A DNA stretch of 64,000 nucleotides from Squalus acanthias (taxonomy: Eukaryota). Below, one piece after another: positions 61,813 to 64,000 of the stretch. The stretch spans positions 158,660,001 through 158,724,000 of the forward strand of contig CM059431.1 of NCBI GenBank assembly GCA_030390025.1, read 5' to 3'. Position 1 is the first letter of the stretch, and every line of letters starts with the position of its first letter. The translations under genes were made by a program, and so were the position numbers. The notes under the pieces were generated by a model. The model was not told the DNA's origin. It made no database searches and was given only the letters and a program-made list of their open reading frames with translations.

Positions 61813-64000
61813 AGCGCGGCGGCGGAGGCGGCGGACCTGTTAGGGAGCGAAGGAGAGCGGAGTACAAAAGGAAAGCCCGAGGCGTCAGCGAGGCCGAGAG
61901 CAGTGCGGCGGTGGAGCCGGCGGACCTGTGCGGGAGCGGAGGAGAGCGGAGTACAAAAGGTAAGCCCGAGGCGGCAGCGAGGCCTAGAGCAGCGCGGCGG
62001 CGGAGGCGTCGGACCTGTGAGGAAGCGAAGGAGAGCTGAGGACAAAAGGTAAGCCCGAGGCGGCAGCGAGGCCTAGAGCAGCAGCGGGAGCAGCGGCGGA
62101 GGCGGACCTGTTTTGTGCTGTTATAGTGCGGGTCGCAGTGGTTGCTGGGTAAGTGATAATTTTTTACCTACATATAAGTTGGGCAGCTCCTAAATCCGAG
62201 ACACTACACTTGTATTGTCCCCCACCCTTCCACCTCCTCTAACCTAAAGGGGGTTAGTGAATATCAAGTAAGCTCTTTCTTGTTCTAGTTTAATCCGCAA
62301 GTTAGCTGGGGGGGATGGCAGGGGAGTCAGTGAAATGTTCCTCCTGCAGAATGTTTGAGGTGAGGGATGCCGTCGGTGTCCCTGCTGATTACACCTGTGG
62401 GAAGTGCACCCATCTCCAGCTCCTCGAAAACCACGTTAGGGAACTGGAGCTGGAGCTGGATGAACTTCGGATCATTCGGGAGGCAGAGGTGGTCATAGAT
62501 AGAAGCTTCAGGGATGTAGTTACTCCAAAGAATGAAGATAGATGGGTGACGGTGAGAGGGGCTAGGAGGAAGCAGTCAGTGCAGGGATCCTATTTGGTCG
62601 TTACCCTCATTAACAACTATACCGCTTTGGATACTGTTGAGGGGGACGACCTACCAGTGGTAAGCCACGGTGACCAGATCTCCGGCGCTGAGTCCGTCCC
62701 TGTGGCTCAGAAGGGAAGGGGGGAGAGCAGGAGAGCATTATTAATTGGGACTCAATAGTCAGAGGGACAGATAGGAGGTTCTGTGGCAGCAAAAGAGACT
62801 CACGGATGGTATGTTGCCTCCCGGGTGCCAGGGTCCGTGACGTCTCCGACCGTGTTTTCAGAATCCTCAAGGGGGAGGGGGAACAATCACAAGTCGTGGT
62901 ACACATCGGTACCAACGACATAGGTAGGAGAAGGGACGGGGATTTAAAACAGGAATTTATTGAGCTAGGTTGGAAGCTCAGAGCCAGTACAAACCATGCT
63001 GTAATCTCTGGTTTGTTGCCGGTGCCACGTGTTAGCGAGTTGAGGAACCGGGAGAGAGTGCAGATAAATACGCGGCTGCAGGGATGGTGTAGGGTGGAGG
63101 GTTTCAGTTATGTGGATAATTGGTGCACATTCTGGGGAAGGTGGGACCTGTACAAACAGGACGGTTTCCACCTGTCCAGAAGGGCACAAATATCCTGGGA
63201 GGGAAATTTGCTACGGCTCTTCGAGGGGGTTTAAACTAATTTGTCAGGGGGATGGACAAAGGGCTGTAGTCTAGGAGCCAGTGGTGATTGTAGGGAGGTA
63301 CTGAGGAGGGTATCAAGGTCGCAGGAATGTACCGGCAGACAGGAATGTGGCTTGAAGTGTGTCTACTTCAATGCAAGGAGCATCCGGAATAAGGTAGGAG
63401 AACTTGGAGCGTGGATTGGTACTTGGGACTACGATGTGGTGGCTATTACGGAGACATGGTTAGAACAGGGACAGGAATGGTTGTTGGAAGTTCCGGGGTA
63501 TAGATGTTTCAGTAAGTGTAGGGAAGGTGGTAAGAAAGTTGGAGGAGTAGCATTGTTAATCAAGGATAGTTTAACAGCGGCAGAAAGGCAGTTCGAGGGG
63601 TATCTGCCGTCTGAGGTAATATGGGCTGAATTTAGAAATAGGAAAGGAGCGGCATCGTTGTTCGGAGTCTTCTACAGGCCCCCAAATAGTAATAGAGATG
63701 TGGAGGAAGAAATTGCAAAGCAGATTATGAATAGAGTAGTTGTCATGGGTGACTTCAACTTTCCAAATATTGATTGGAACCTTTATAGGTAAAACAGTTC
63801 GGATGGGATAGTTTTTGCACAGTGTGTGCAGGAGGGTTTCCTGACACAATATGTGGATAGGCCGACAAGAGGTGGGGCCACATTGGATTTGGTACTGGGT
63901 AATGAACCGGGCCAAGTGTTTGATTTGTATGTGGGAGAGCACTTTGGAGATAGTGACCACAATTCGCTGACTTTCACTATTGCAATGGAGAGGGATAGGG
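61813..64000 (+). mobile_element. 5' half of a full-length CR1 (tandem-monomer 5'UTR, ORF1 from 62315, EN start); runs off the window
   Basis: Peptides CSSC..CGKC, HIGTND, YFNARSIRNK, ITETWL and GDFNFPNID. Confidence 0.93.

Overview
Repeat-dense eukaryotic DNA, almost certainly from an elasmobranch (shark or ray), judged from an HE1/V-type SINE, HER1-like CR1 LINEs and a shark-type NLR. No prokaryotic features are present. There is one host gene: a minus-strand NLR (N-terminal helical/death-fold-like domain, NACHT, about 6 RI-type LRRs). I assembled it by eye into 8 phase-compatible exons between 54495 and 31525 (2541 nt, about 846 aa). The first exon is tentative and begins with ATT in a Kozak context. 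The rest is nested transposons: at least 8 CR1 copies from several subfamilies (one nearly intact at 41.2-45.7 kb), L2 fragments, a second APE-RT LINE lineage, a Penelope-like element and Penelope-derived short elements with minimal hammerhead ribozymes, SINEs, PIF/Harbinger-type MITEs plus a Harbinger transposase stub, ~180-bp palindromic MITEs, and a 4.9-kb 27-bp minisatellite just upstream of the NLR. The most striking signal is a coronavirus-type slippery heptamer T_TTA_AAC, in frameshift register directly before the ORF1 stop, in four otherwise diverged CR1 copies. ORF2 lies in the -1 frame, which suggests Gag-Pol-like ORF1-ORF2 fusion by programmed -1 ribosomal frameshifting. All alignments were done by eye, and repeat boundaries without a stated TSD are approximate.
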